A stretch of DNA of 64,000 nt from an uncultured Actinomycetota bacterium (lineage in GTDB: Bacteria > Actinomycetota > Actinomycetes > Actinomycetales > CAWJMD01): NCBI GenBank assembly GCA_963835085.1, contig CAWIED010000004.1, forward strand, positions 72,508-136,507. Direction: 5' to 3'. The translations under genes were made by a program, and so were the position numbers. A model generated the notes under the pieces. The model made no database searches. It was not told the DNA's origin and saw only the letters and a list, made by a program, of their open reading frames with translations. Positions 9,038 to 18,622 of the stretch are shown piece by piece (within the stretch, counting starts at the first letter, position 1; every line of letters begins with the position of its first letter).

Positions 9038-10572
9038 CCACCAGCTTGCCGATCCGTCCGCGTTCTGCGTTCGACGAACTGGGCTTTTCCAGCACCGTGG
9101 ATGCGCTGGTTGCGCAGACGCAGCAGCTCTACCTCGCGGACAGTGTGCCCTGGGTGGTTGGCTACTCCGGCGGCAAGGACTCGACGGCCACACTGCAGCT
9201 CGTCTGGCTCTCGCTGGCGCGTTTGAGCCCGAACCAGCGCACCAAGCCGGTACATGTCATCAGCACGGACACGCTGGTGGAGAACCCTGTCGTCGCCGCG
9301 TGGGTGACCCATTCCCTCGACGTGATGGCTGAGGCTGCCGAGGAGCAGGGTCTGCCCTTGACGCCGCACCGGCTGACGCCTGCGGTCACCGACACCTTCT
9401 GGGTCAACCTCATTGGCCGCGGATACCCGGCTCCTCGTCCGAAGTTCCGCTGGTGCACCGAACGGCTCAAGATCAAGCCGTCGAACGCGTTCATCCGCGA
9501 GATGGTGCGGTCCCATGGCGAGGCCATCCTCGTGCTCGGCACCCGCAAGGCCGAGAGCTCGGGACGGTCATGCGCGCATGGCCGCGCTGGAGTCGCGTCG
9601 CGTCCGCGACCTACTCAGCCCGAACGACTCGCTCCCGAACTGCGCTGGTGTATTCGCCGGTCGAGAACTGGTCGAACGATGACGTGTGGACGTTCCTCAT
9701 GCAGTCGCCCAACCCGTGGGGCTACTCCAACAAGGAGCTGCTCACGATGTACCAGGGCGCCTCGGCCGATGGTGAGTGCCCACTGGTGGTCGACTCCAGC
9801 ACACCCAGCTGCGGCGATAGCCGTTTCGGCTGCTGGACCTGCACGCTCGTGGAGAAGGACAAGTCAATGTCGGCCATGATCCAGAACGACGAAGAGAAGG
9901 AGTGGATGCTGCCACTCCTGGAGCTGCGCAACGCGCTCGACGTCGCCGGACGATCGCCACTTGCGTGACTTCCGCCGGATGAATGGCTCGGTGCAGCTCT
10001 TCCATGACAAGACCATCCCCGGGCCGTACACACAGACCGCGCGGGAGGACTGGCTGACTCGACTGCTTGAGGCGCAGGCGTGGATTCGGGAGAACGGCCC
10101 CGACTACGTGAACTCCCTCGATCTGGTCACGCTTGCTGAGCTTGAGGAGATCCGCCGCATCTGGGTTGTCGATAAGCACGAGTTCGAAGACAGCCTGCCT
10201 CGGATCTATGAGAAGGCAATGGGCGAGCCGTACTCGGGCGGTAAGCTCGACGAGCACCTGCCGCTCGGTGCAGACATGATTGAGTCTCTGCACGCCGTGG
10301 CGGGCGGCGACCGACTGCACTTCGAACTAGTACGCGAACTACTCGACATCGAGCAGCGCCACCGCGCCCAGGTGCGACGCTCAGGACTCTTCGACTCCCT
10401 GGAGAAGGCCCTCCGCAAGGGCTTCTACGACGACGAAGAGGACGCCACGTTGCGTGCGCAACGCCGCAAGGCTGCCATGGAACGCGCACCCGACTCGCCC
10501 CCGGACACCGAGCCCGATCCGCTCGATGTGGCGGACGGGTACGTGCGGGCAGTAGCGGAGTCGACGCCGTGA
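9034..10572 (+). pseudogene. dndC: DndC (PAPS-reductase-like PP-loop ATP pyrophosphatase with Fe-S cysteines), split by three +1 frame changes
   Basis: PP-loop VVGYSGGKDSTATLQLVW. Conserved text continues across the three frames: ...GTRKAESS / ARMAALESRRVRDLLSPNDSLPN / LVYSPVENWSNDDVW...CPLVVDSSTPSCGDSRFGCWTC...LLELRNALDV / DDRHLRDFRRMNGSVQLF... Shifts are near 9561-9563, 9641-9646 and 9948-9949. First and last segments share a frame. Confidence 0.85.
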
Positions 10573-12539
10573 TCCTCGGAAAGCTGGTCCTGCACAATGT
10601 CGGCACCTTCGCTGGGCGTCAGGTAGTCGACCTGACACCGGTGTCTGAAACAAAGCCAGTAGTCCTGATCGGAGGCCTGAACGGCGCTGGAAAGACAACG
10701 ATCCTAGAAGCTATCCAACTCGCGCTCTACGGGTCGCTGGCACACGCCTCCGGACGACGCGCTGGCAGCTACGAGAACTACCTCCGCAGCCTCATCCACC
10801 GCGGCGTGGCTGCCAGTGAGGGAGCAGCCATAGAACTCAACTTCACGGCTCATCAGGAAGGCCAAGAGCACACCTACTGGATTCGCAGGAGTTGGAAGGC
10901 GACCGGCTCCTCGATTCGGGAGATCTTGCTGGTCGCCGTCGATGGCAAGCACAACCAGTCACTCGGCAGTACCTGGAACGAGCACATCGAAACCTTCCTG
11001 CCGCGCGGTATCGCCGGGCTCTTCTTCTTCGACGGTGAGCAGATCGAGGCACTCGCCGATCTCGATCGTTCCCGACAGGTCCTGGGTTCGGCCCTTGCGG
11101 CCTTGCTTGGTCTGGACCTGGTCGAACGGCTGTCGACCGATCTCTCGGTGTTGCGACGTCGTCACCATGGCGAGCAGGTGCCAGAGAGCCTGCGCCGGAG
11201 CCTGGAGGAGAAGAAGCAATTGGTCACCGCCCTGCGTCAGGCCGAAGAAGCTGCGATCGAAGCGGTCGCTGCACGCCTCACCGAACTCGAACGGTGCCAG
11301 AAGGTCTTCCACGAGGTGACCGAGGCGCACCGGTCCGCGGGCGGCGATTTGGTGGAGCGTCGTGAGGCGTTGGAGGCATCGGCGGCCATGGTGCGGTCAG
11401 GACTTGCTCGTGCCGAGGACGACATCCGCCACGAGCTGGCGGAACTGACGCCGCTGCTGCAGGTGCCAGTTCTCCTTGATCAACTCCGCTCCCAAGCCGA
11501 GATGGAGGCGGCGGCCACGCGGGATCGGCTGTTGGTCGAAGCCCTCGTAGCGCGGGATGACACGCTGATGCAACAGCTCACGGAGGCCAAGGTCAAGACC
11601 TCTACGCTCGTCGCTGTCCAAGAGTTCCTCACGAGGGACCGGCAGAAGCGTCAAGCGTCAGCCGCGACCGGGGCGATCCTCGGATTCGGCGATCACCTGG
11701 CTCTTGAGAACCTGATGTCTGCACTTCCGGAGTCGCGGAAACGGCTGCAGGCTGCGACTAGGCGTCGGTCCGATGCGAAGGCCGAACTTGATCAGGCGGA
11801 GCGCATGCTCGCTGCAATCCCTGACCCGGAATCGCTGGCGCCATTGAACCGGGCTCGTGAAGAAGCCCGTGAGGCGATGCTGCGGGCTGAAGCGGCACAC
11901 AATTTCGCAACCGAGTTGCTGACAACGGCGGCCGCAGATCGCGCTAAGGCAACCGGCGCCTACGAGTCGGCGCTCGACAAGGCGGCTCACGCTAACCTCG
12001 CCGCTGACGACGACCGCCGACTGGTCGAGCATGTCGATCGTGTCCGCGCCACGCTGGAAAATTTGCGGGTCACCGCCACCCGACGCCATCTGGACCGCAT
12101 CTCACAACTCGTTCTAGAGGCTCTCGGCATGCTCCTGCGCAAGCAGAAACTTGTCACGGACGTCAAGATCGACCCCGAGACCTACACGGTCTCGCTCACG
12201 GGCGTCGACGGGCACGCATTGCCAGCCAAAGAGCTCTCTGCAGGAGAGCGTCAACTGCTGGCCGTCGCACTGCTCTGGGGCCTGGCACGAGCCGCCGGCC
12301 AGCCCCTGCCGGTCGTGATCGACACGCCACTGGGCCGCCTCGACGGATCTCACCGAGAGCACCTGCTCATGCGGTACTTTCCGCACGCCAGCCACCAGGT
12401 TGTGTTGCTGTCCACGGATACCGAGATCGATGAGGAGGCTTACGACCTGATCGCACCACGCATCGGTCGCAGCTACCACTTGGAGTTCGACCAGGAAATC
12501 AACGCGACGTTCGTCGACGACGGCTATTTCTGGAGCTGA
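10569..12539 (+). CDS. dndD: DndD (SMC-like ABC ATPase of the PT modification complex)
   Basis: MILGKLVLHNVGTFAG...LIGGLNGAGKTTILEAIQLALYG. Signature LSAGERQLLAVALLWGL. Walker B LPVVIDTPLGRLD. GTGA overlap with dndC. Confidence 0.9.
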   Translation: MILGKLVLHNVGTFAGRQVVDLTPVSETKPVVLIGGLNGAGKTTILEAIQLALYGSLAHASGRRAGSYENYLRSLIHRGVAASEGAAIELNFTAHQEGQEHTYWIRRSWKATGSSIREILLVAVDGKHNQSLGSTWNEHIETFLPRGIAGLFFFDGEQIEALADLDRSRQVLGSALAALLGLDLVERLSTDLSVLRRRHHGEQVPESLRRSLEEKKQLVTALRQAEEAAIEAVAARLTELERCQKVFHEVTEAHRSAGGDLVERREALEASAAMVRSGLARAEDDIRHELAELTPLLQVPVLLDQLRSQAEMEAAATRDRLLVEALVARDDTLMQQLTEAKVKTSTLVAVQEFLTRDRQKRQASAATGAILGFGDHLALENLMSALPESRKRLQAATRRRSDAKAELDQAERMLAAIPDPESLAPLNRAREEAREAMLRAEAAHNFATELLTTAAADRAKATGAYESALDKAAHANLAADDDRRLVEHVDRVRATLENLRVTATRRHLDRISQLVLEALGMLLRKQKLVTDVKIDPETYTVSLTGVDGHALPAKELSAGERQLLAVALLWGLARAAGQPLPVVIDTPLGRLDGSHREHLLMRYFPHASHQVVLLSTDTEIDEEAYDLIAPRIGRSYHLEFDQEINATFVDDGYFWS

Positions 12540-12541
12540 CC

Positions 12542-12940
12542 ATGCCCATCGAACACATACGTCTTAGCCGACAGGCACGTGACCAGCTCATTACGCTGAA
12601 ACGACGCACCGGCATCCAGCACTGGAACGTCCTGTGCCGCTGGGCACTATGCCGCTCACTCGCCGAACCCGCACCACCACCAGCAACCAAGCTCACACTC
12701 GACAGCAACGTCGAAATGAACTGGCGGACATTCAGCGGCGAACTCGGCGACGCCCTCTGGGCACTCCTCCAGATGCGCTGCCACAACGACGGTCTGACAC
12801 TCGACGAAGAGACCCTAGCGCATCAGTTCAAGCTTCACCTCCACCGAGGCATCGGATACCTCGTTGGCGACCCACGAGTCACCGACGTCGTTGGACTCGC
12901 CAGCGTCGGACTCCAAGAGCCTGACGCACCCGCCGCATGA
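12542..12940 (+). CDS. dndE: DndE
   Basis: MPIEHIRLSRQARDQLITLKRRTGIQHWNVLCRWALCRSL matches the characteristic DndE N-terminus. Starts 2 nt after the dndD stop. Confidence 0.85.
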   Translation: MPIEHIRLSRQARDQLITLKRRTGIQHWNVLCRWALCRSLAEPAPPPATKLTLDSNVEMNWRTFSGELGDALWALLQMRCHNDGLTLDEETLAHQFKLHLHRGIGYLVGDPRVTDVVGLASVGLQEPDAPAA

Positions 12941-14424
12941 AGCCAGTCGCTGTCGCGCGACACAAGACCGCCCTCACCAGAACCGCCCTGTCGCGTCCGG
13001 TCGTGACCGCCATCGCCGATGGCCTTCTCGAGCCATCTGCGGCGATCTTCGACTACGGCTGCGGGAAGGGCGACGATATCCGCCACCTACGAGCCCGTGG
13101 CTTCGACGTGGATGGGTGGGACCCGACCCACCGACCCGCAACACCGAAGAGGTCCGCGCCTGTAGTGAACCTGGGCTACGTCATCAACGTCATCGAGGAC
13201 CCCACAGAACGCGCCACCGTCCTCCGGCAAGCATGGGCACTAACCGAAAAGCTCCTTATAGTGTCGGCGCGGATGCGCTGGGACGCTCGTGACCTTAGCG
13301 GTCGCCCTCTCGGGGACGGTCTCGTCACGCGGACTGGGACCTTCCAGAAGTTCTACCAACAGTCCGAACTCGCTGACTGGATCGAGGACACCGTCGGCGA
13401 GAAACCTCACGCCGCAGCACCGGGCATCTTCTATCTCTTCCGCGACGCCAGCGCCGCCCAACGTTTCCTGGCCTCCCGTGTCTACACCTACCGCCCCCGC
13501 GTCCACATCAACCCCCACGACCTCTACGAGACCCATCGTGAGGCGCTATCGCCACTCCTGAAGTTCATGCAGAACCACGCGCGACCCCCACGCGCTGGCG
13601 AAATCACTGATCACGATCACGCAGGAGTCCTCGCAGCTCTCGGCGGTATCGGTCGTGCTCAGCGACTAATCCGCGACGTCACCGACGACGCCTACTGGGA
13701 GGAAGTCACGCGCCGTCGCCGCAACGAACTCCTCATCTACATCGCACTCTCTCGTTTTGAGCGTCGACCCCGATTTTCGCATCTCGACCGCACTCTCGCC
13801 ACGGATGTTCGCGCCCTCTTCAGCAGCTACCAGGACGCCTGCCGCCAAGCCGACCGCCTGCTTCTTGCCTGCGGCGACCAAACGAGGCTCTACCTCCAAG
13901 CACGCAATTCGGCTATCGGCAAGCAGACGCCCAGCGCCTTATACGTGCATCGCTCCGCGATGGCCCTCACTTCACCGCTCCTTCAGGTCTACGAAGGTTG
14001 CGCTCGTGTCCTTGCCGGGACTATCGACCGCGCGAACATGATCAAGTTGTCGGTTACTCAACCGCAGATATCCTACTTAGCCTATCCCGAATTTGACCGC
14101 AAACCACACCCGACGCTCCAGACTGCAATAACCGTCAATTTGCGACAACTTACCGTACAGTGGCGTGACTATAGTAATTCCGATAATCCTCCACTTCTCC
14201 ACCGTAAAGAGGAATTTCTCGGCCCCGATCATCCAAAACGGAGACTGTACGAACGCCTGACGCGTGCCGAGATGCGTGCCGGTCTATATCAGAAGCCCGA
14301 GCAGATCGGCACTCTACTCGGATGGCAGGCGTCGCTTAGGGACGCGGGATATGTCCTTCGGGGGCATAAACTGATTCGCACCTGCGATCAACCATCGAGC
14401 CGTCCGGGTGCCCAACCCATGTAG
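12937..14424 (+). CDS. PT-associated putative SAM-dependent methyltransferase (495 aa)
   Basis: Motif I-like AIFDYGCGKGDDIRHLRARGFDVDGWDP. ATGA overlap with the dndE stop. Large C-terminal region of unknown function. Confidence 0.75.
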   Translation: MKPVAVARHKTALTRTALSRPVVTAIADGLLEPSAAIFDYGCGKGDDIRHLRARGFDVDGWDPTHRPATPKRSAPVVNLGYVINVIEDPTERATVLRQAWALTEKLLIVSARMRWDARDLSGRPLGDGLVTRTGTFQKFYQQSELADWIEDTVGEKPHAAAPGIFYLFRDASAAQRFLASRVYTYRPRVHINPHDLYETHREALSPLLKFMQNHARPPRAGEITDHDHAGVLAALGGIGRAQRLIRDVTDDAYWEEVTRRRRNELLIYIALSRFERRPRFSHLDRTLATDVRALFSSYQDACRQADRLLLACGDQTRLYLQARNSAIGKQTPSALYVHRSAMALTSPLLQVYEGCARVLAGTIDRANMIKLSVTQPQISYLAYPEFDRKPHPTLQTAITVNLRQLTVQWRDYSNSDNPPLLHRKEEFLGPDHPKRRLYERLTRAEMRAGLYQKPEQIGTLLGWQASLRDAGYVLRGHKLIRTCDQPSSRPGAQPM

Positions 14425-14610
14425 CGCAGCGTTAGCCAGTGGTCCTCCGAATCGCTCGCGCGAGGACTTGGACGCATCGCCGCGGGCGTGGAAGATGAGT
14501 CCCTTCTCCGGTCAGCCTATCGGCATGCCAGCCCGATCTCGACCGATTCAATTCGCCATCCCGAGATCGGTCTTTCGGGGACCACCGCTAACGCGGCGCG
14601 TCGTGGAGGC

Positions 14611-15453
14611 TCAGACCGTGCCGAGGGTCAGCTTGAACTTGTCAAGGGTCCAGGTCTCGAAGGGCAAGCCCAACAGTGCCGCGACCTCAGCCACCAGAAT
14701 CGGGTGAGCCACGCCACCGGAGCTCCAGTCATCCTTCACATCTTCGGTGATGAGGACCGCAGAGGAAAACGACGCGCCGCTCTCCTTCGCCTCCGACAGC
14801 CCTAGTAGAAAGTCAGCCCACACGAAGAAGTCACCGTCGCCGGGATCCTTGAAGCCGGGCGGGGTCCTGGTGCTATTGCGCACGCGCGCGAGGCGGGCGA
14901 ATCTGCTCCGGGGTACATAAGTGACCCGAGCTCGCGCGTCCAGCATCTCCCACAGATCCGTGAATCGCTCGACGGTCTTTGGGTCGTAGAGGTAGCCGTA
15001 CTGAGCCTCGACATCTCTCAGGAGCTCCCCGAAGCGCTCTTGCAACTCCTCGGCAAAATTTGCCTTAGAAAGCTCCTTCGCCAAGCTATCGTACTTCTTC
15101 TGGACCGCTTTGGAGACTGTGTCAATAACGGGGACCGTGTTATTCCAGAACTCTTGGACCACCTGTCCGGGTACAACCAGTGGTGCTTCGTGGGATGTTT
15201 CAAGGTAGTCGCGTAGGTCCGTCGTCTTCGGATCGGCTCTAGCCATCCGCAACACGATGTTCGTGTCGAGGCCGAACGCCGTCTTGGAAATGTCGGAAAT
15301 TCCTTCGGCGCCCGAGCTGCGCCGCGACAGCGAGGTCTTAAGCGCGCTAAGCGACTGGAGTGGGTCGGCGCGATCAAGAACACGCTCGACCCTGTCGACG
15401 AGCTGGTCGGTTACGCGGCGCCCTGCTTCGGCGCTGGGCTCAGTACCAGACAT
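14611..15453 (-). CDS. PIN-like domain protein (DUF4935-like)
   Basis: FGLDTNIVLRM (N-terminal acidic PIN motif) and C-terminal PPGFKDPGDGDFFVWADFLL...AVLITEDVKDDW. Start set at the ATG at 15453; it overlaps the upstream gene's end by 43 nt. Confidence 0.6.
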   Translation of the reverse strand: MSGTEPSAEAGRRVTDQLVDRVERVLDRADPLQSLSALKTSLSRRSSGAEGISDISKTAFGLDTNIVLRMARADPKTTDLRDYLETSHEAPLVVPGQVVQEFWNNTVPVIDTVSKAVQKKYDSLAKELSKANFAEELQERFGELLRDVEAQYGYLYDPKTVERFTDLWEMLDARARVTYVPRSRFARLARVRNSTRTPPGFKDPGDGDFFVWADFLLGLSEAKESGASFSSAVLITEDVKDDWSSGGVAHPILVAEVAALLGLPFETWTLDKFKLTLGTV

Positions 15454-17057
15454 TCGCGCAAGCCTCTGCGGCCGACGGAGCCGACGGTGGCCACCGTATG
15501 AGTGTTCCAATCATCGAACTCAGCCAATCGTTTCGCCCATTCGCCTTTGACGCCTGTGTGTAGCAGCACCGCCTTCACGCCTTCCCAACTTGTTGCGTCT
15601 CGGGGGCGCCGATATGAGGTGCTGAGAAAGGCGTTGCCGATCGTCGACCCCCAGTAGGTGACGTCATCCTCGTCGAACCCTGCCCATCTAGTGGCGCTTC
15701 GCGGGCGTACGAGGTGCAGGAATCCGATCACCTCAGGGGTCAACGAACCCTGCACGAGGGATCGTCGGAGGAACTGTAGGGTGCTCTTGTTGAACGAGCG
15801 CTTCCTGAGCTGCTCGATGAAATCGTCCCGAGTAGCGTCCAGTGGCGCCAGCTCGGCAGTAGCTCGCGCCCAGTCTCTGGTATTCGTTATGAGGCTGGCA
15901 GCTTCACTGAAGCGGCGCTCGGCACCGCTGGTCCCTAGGTTTCCGACAACTGTACGCCGCGCGACGACCTTCAGCACGTGGAGCATCGCGTCGTCAGAGT
16001 CATCCATGGTTGATGCCGCCATCAAGAGGGGGCGGACCGCCGCGACATTGAGCTCGTTGAGCGACTCGAAAATTCGCAGCTGCGACGGCGTGGCCGGACC
16101 ATCGACAGTCGGATCGATCATTTGGAGGTAGATCGGGAGCCACTGTTCAAGTCGTTCTAGCAACTCTCCAACGGCCGGCGCCTGGGTCGCACCGCGCCGT
16201 TGCGCAAGGTAGTCGTACAAGTCCTTCGGCAAGATATAGCCGGAGCCCATGCTTACCACATGACGAATGAACTGCACGAAATTGTTCGCCGGGGAAGTTC
16301 CAAACTGTGTGGCTAGTTGTGACCAGCGCCGGTAATGCGATGCACGCAATTTGGGAGCCGTTTGGCTAAGGAGATAGTTCTTGAGCAGGTCGGCAGTCGT
16401 GAGCTCTCGGCCGCGGGTGTTAATAACCTCGAATACCCGGTACGCGGCACCGGGGTTGGGGTGCACAAAAACCGCAAAGTAGAGCCTATCGGTAAGGAAC
16501 TGGGTCCAAAGGCTCAACCTCCGGAAGGGATCTTCGCTTAGGTGCTCCCGAACCTTGTTACAAAGAAACGTGTACGACTCGAGAAGTCGCTCGGATATGG
16601 TCCCATCGTCGCCGCCGGCGGCGTCCGCCGTGAAGGGTTCATCCGAATTAATGATGCGCTGTAAGGTGGCGTTGTCGGTGACATCGCTGAGAGCGATCCT
16701 TTCTACGTACTCGTCAGAGTCGTAGTCGAGCACCTTGAGGAATGTCGACTCAATTTGGTCTGCCAGGCCACGACGACGGTGTTTTATGGCTTCGTGGCGT
16801 AGAGCGGCAGCCAGAAGTGTGATCGTCAGGAGACGCTGTTGGCCATCGACCACCTGCATGCGGTCTTCACTAGCAGTCAGGATCACCAGGCCGAGGAAGT
16901 ACGACTCGTCGTTGAGGCTGCTGCGGAGGTCGTTCCAAAACTCAATGTACTCGTCCTTCAACCAGGCGTACTCGCGCTGGAAGTCAGGAACCAAGAAGCG
17001 CTCGGTTGAGATCAGGGCGCCCGCCGTCGTCGCGGATGCTGTCAGCTGGCTCTGCAC
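15411..17057 (-). CDS. DUF262 (ParB-like NTPase) / DUF1524-like (His-Me finger) protein, GmrSD-family type IV restriction-like
   Basis: FLVPDFQREYAW and VVDGQQRLLTITLL (DUF262 signatures). C-terminal FLHLVRP...STIGNAFLS resembles a degenerate DUF1524 H..P / N motif. Visibly lower GC than the core genes. Confidence 0.78.
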   Translation of the reverse strand: MQSQLTASATTAGALISTERFLVPDFQREYAWLKDEYIEFWNDLRSSLNDESYFLGLVILTASEDRMQVVDGQQRLLTITLLAAALRHEAIKHRRRGLADQIESTFLKVLDYDSDEYVERIALSDVTDNATLQRIINSDEPFTADAAGGDDGTISERLLESYTFLCNKVREHLSEDPFRRLSLWTQFLTDRLYFAVFVHPNPGAAYRVFEVINTRGRELTTADLLKNYLLSQTAPKLRASHYRRWSQLATQFGTSPANNFVQFIRHVVSMGSGYILPKDLYDYLAQRRGATQAPAVGELLERLEQWLPIYLQMIDPTVDGPATPSQLRIFESLNELNVAAVRPLLMAASTMDDSDDAMLHVLKVVARRTVVGNLGTSGAERRFSEAASLITNTRDWARATAELAPLDATRDDFIEQLRKRSFNKSTLQFLRRSLVQGSLTPEVIGFLHLVRPRSATRWAGFDEDDVTYWGSTIGNAFLSTSYRRPRDATSWEGVKAVLLHTGVKGEWAKRLAEFDDWNTHTVATVGSVGRRGLRECLVLSPAPKQGAA

Positions 17058-17627
17058 GGATGTTCTCCCTCACCGCGATCTTCGCTGCATCCGGAACGTT
17101 ATCTCAGCGGGCTCTTCTTGCACTTACTGCATCATCGTGAAGTCTGCCGTAGCGGCCTGCGGAGCCTACTCCGAGTACGTTCAGACCTCCTGGATCGGGA
17201 GGACAGAGAGGTTTGACGTCATCGACGGCGTCCACGCCCACCCTGAAGGGCTCTCAACCGAGAGCCGCAAACCCGGTATGGGGGCGCGCCAGAGCACCCG
17301 GGTCGCTTCAGCTTGTGAACCCTGACCGGACCGGGCGGCGCCTGCGCCTGCTGCCGTAAGTGCCCTCGTGGTGGGTGGTCCTCGTGCTCGATCGGGGTGA
17401 TCATCTCGAGCTGCCCAGGACGGTCGTTTATCCTGGCATTCTGCGACGATGCGTGGTCAGAGTTGGACGTCTCAGCCGAGTTGAGGCGACGTGGCCGCTG
17501 ATGCGTGCGATCGCTCGCAGTCTTGCGGGCCCGTTCGAGGTAGTGGTTTCGGCTCATTCACGGTTCAGTCGGCGTCGAATAGACCATCGTCGCAGGTCGG
17601 CGAGTCGGCGGGGACGCTCTGTAAATC

Positions 17628-17727
17628 CGTCGGCTTAGCCTACGTTGGTTCGAATCCAACAGCTGCTACCAGCAGGAAACGAGGCCCTGACCAGCGGAAA
17701 CGCCGGTCAGGGCCTCGATCTATGTGT
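17628..17727 (+). repeat. Direct repeat copy 1: tRNA 3'-fragment (variable-arm-like hairpin, T-arm GTTGGTTCGAATCCAAC, acceptor strand AGCTGCT-A-CCA) plus a GC-rich GAAA-loop hairpin; att-like
   Basis: By manual alignment it matches 27225-27323 with 3 substitutions and 1 single-nt indel. No 5' acceptor strand or anticodon arm could be found upstream. Confidence 0.7.
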
Positions 17728-18043
17728 CCGGGCGGTGTCGGTGGGAAGCGGCCGTCTACGGGTGTCTGCGGATGAGGGGTGGATGAGTTTTGGGGTTTGC
17801 ATCGCCGCTCCGCTTGCTCCCGAACCGTGTGGCACGGCACCGATGCTGCCGCTGTGTCGCTCAATGGCCTAAGCGTCGAGGGTGCCCGACGGCCTCGGTG
17901 CGGTCCAAGGTCAAGCCAATGATCGCCTCGTCGTAGTTGCACGGAACCGCGCGGTGGTGAATGGCCTGAGTGGCCTTACGCACCTGTCGTGCCGCCGCAG
18001 CCTAGGGCGCACCTGGCTCGCGCAGCCGGCCTCGTGAGCCTCA

Positions 18044-18622
18044 TCAGCCGCTCCATCCCTCTCGCAGAGCGGTGGGCGTCCAGGCTGGCCAGCTCGCAGA
18101 GCCGATGAGCGCGCCGTGCTCGAACGAGGCGCAGAGGCGGAACGGGGCGCGCGCGCTGCTGTTGTCGAGCACCTCCGCCACGTCTGCGATCCGGATCGCT
18201 TCGCCGATGTGATCCCATAGGCGCTCATAGCGGTCGCGGATCTTCTGCTTCGGAACGGCATGGCCGCCGCGGCGCACTCGCTCAAGGACGCGCTGCACGG
18301 TGAGCTCGACAGGAACGATGATCACGTGCAGGTGCACGAGGTATCCGGCGTCGGCGGCGTCGGCGACGAGTTGGACCTTGCTCGGGTGCGAGAACACCGT
18401 CTCGGAGATGAACGACGCACCCTCGGCAATCCGGCCCCGACGCTGGGCCTCAGCGATCCGCGCCGCCTCGTAGGCGTGCTCGGCCTGAGCGTCGGGCCAC
18501 CGTTCGGCGGCGATCTCGTCGGCGTTGATGAATGGCAGGCCGGTCGCCGGCGTCAGGACGTCGTGCACGTAGCTCGACTTCCCCGCACCGTTTGGGCCAG
18601 CAAGAAGGTGCAGCAGTGGCAT
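18044..18622 (-). CDS. Zeta-toxin-like P-loop kinase/ATPase (COG4185-like) toxin
   Basis: MPLLHLLAGPNGAGKSSY (Walker A). 192 aa. Start overlaps the stop of the upstream small gene (TGATG). Confidence 0.7.
   Translation of the reverse strand: MPLLHLLAGPNGAGKSSYVHDVLTPATGLPFINADEIAAERWPDAQAEHAYEAARIAEAQRRGRIAEGASFISETVFSHPSKVQLVADAADAGYLVHLHVIIVPVELTVQRVLERVRRGGHAVPKQKIRDRYERLWDHIGEAIRIADVAEVLDNSSARAPFRLCASFEHGALIGSASWPAWTPTALREGWSG

Noticed and set aside
17560-17671. Complete tRNA gene at the first tRNA-like repeat (and likewise at 27180-27267)
   Set aside because: Only the variable-arm-like hairpin, T-arm, 3' acceptor strand and CCA are present. I found no complementary 5' acceptor strand ([AG]G[CT][AG]G[CT]T) and no 5-bp anticodon stem with a 7-nt loop upstream of either copy.
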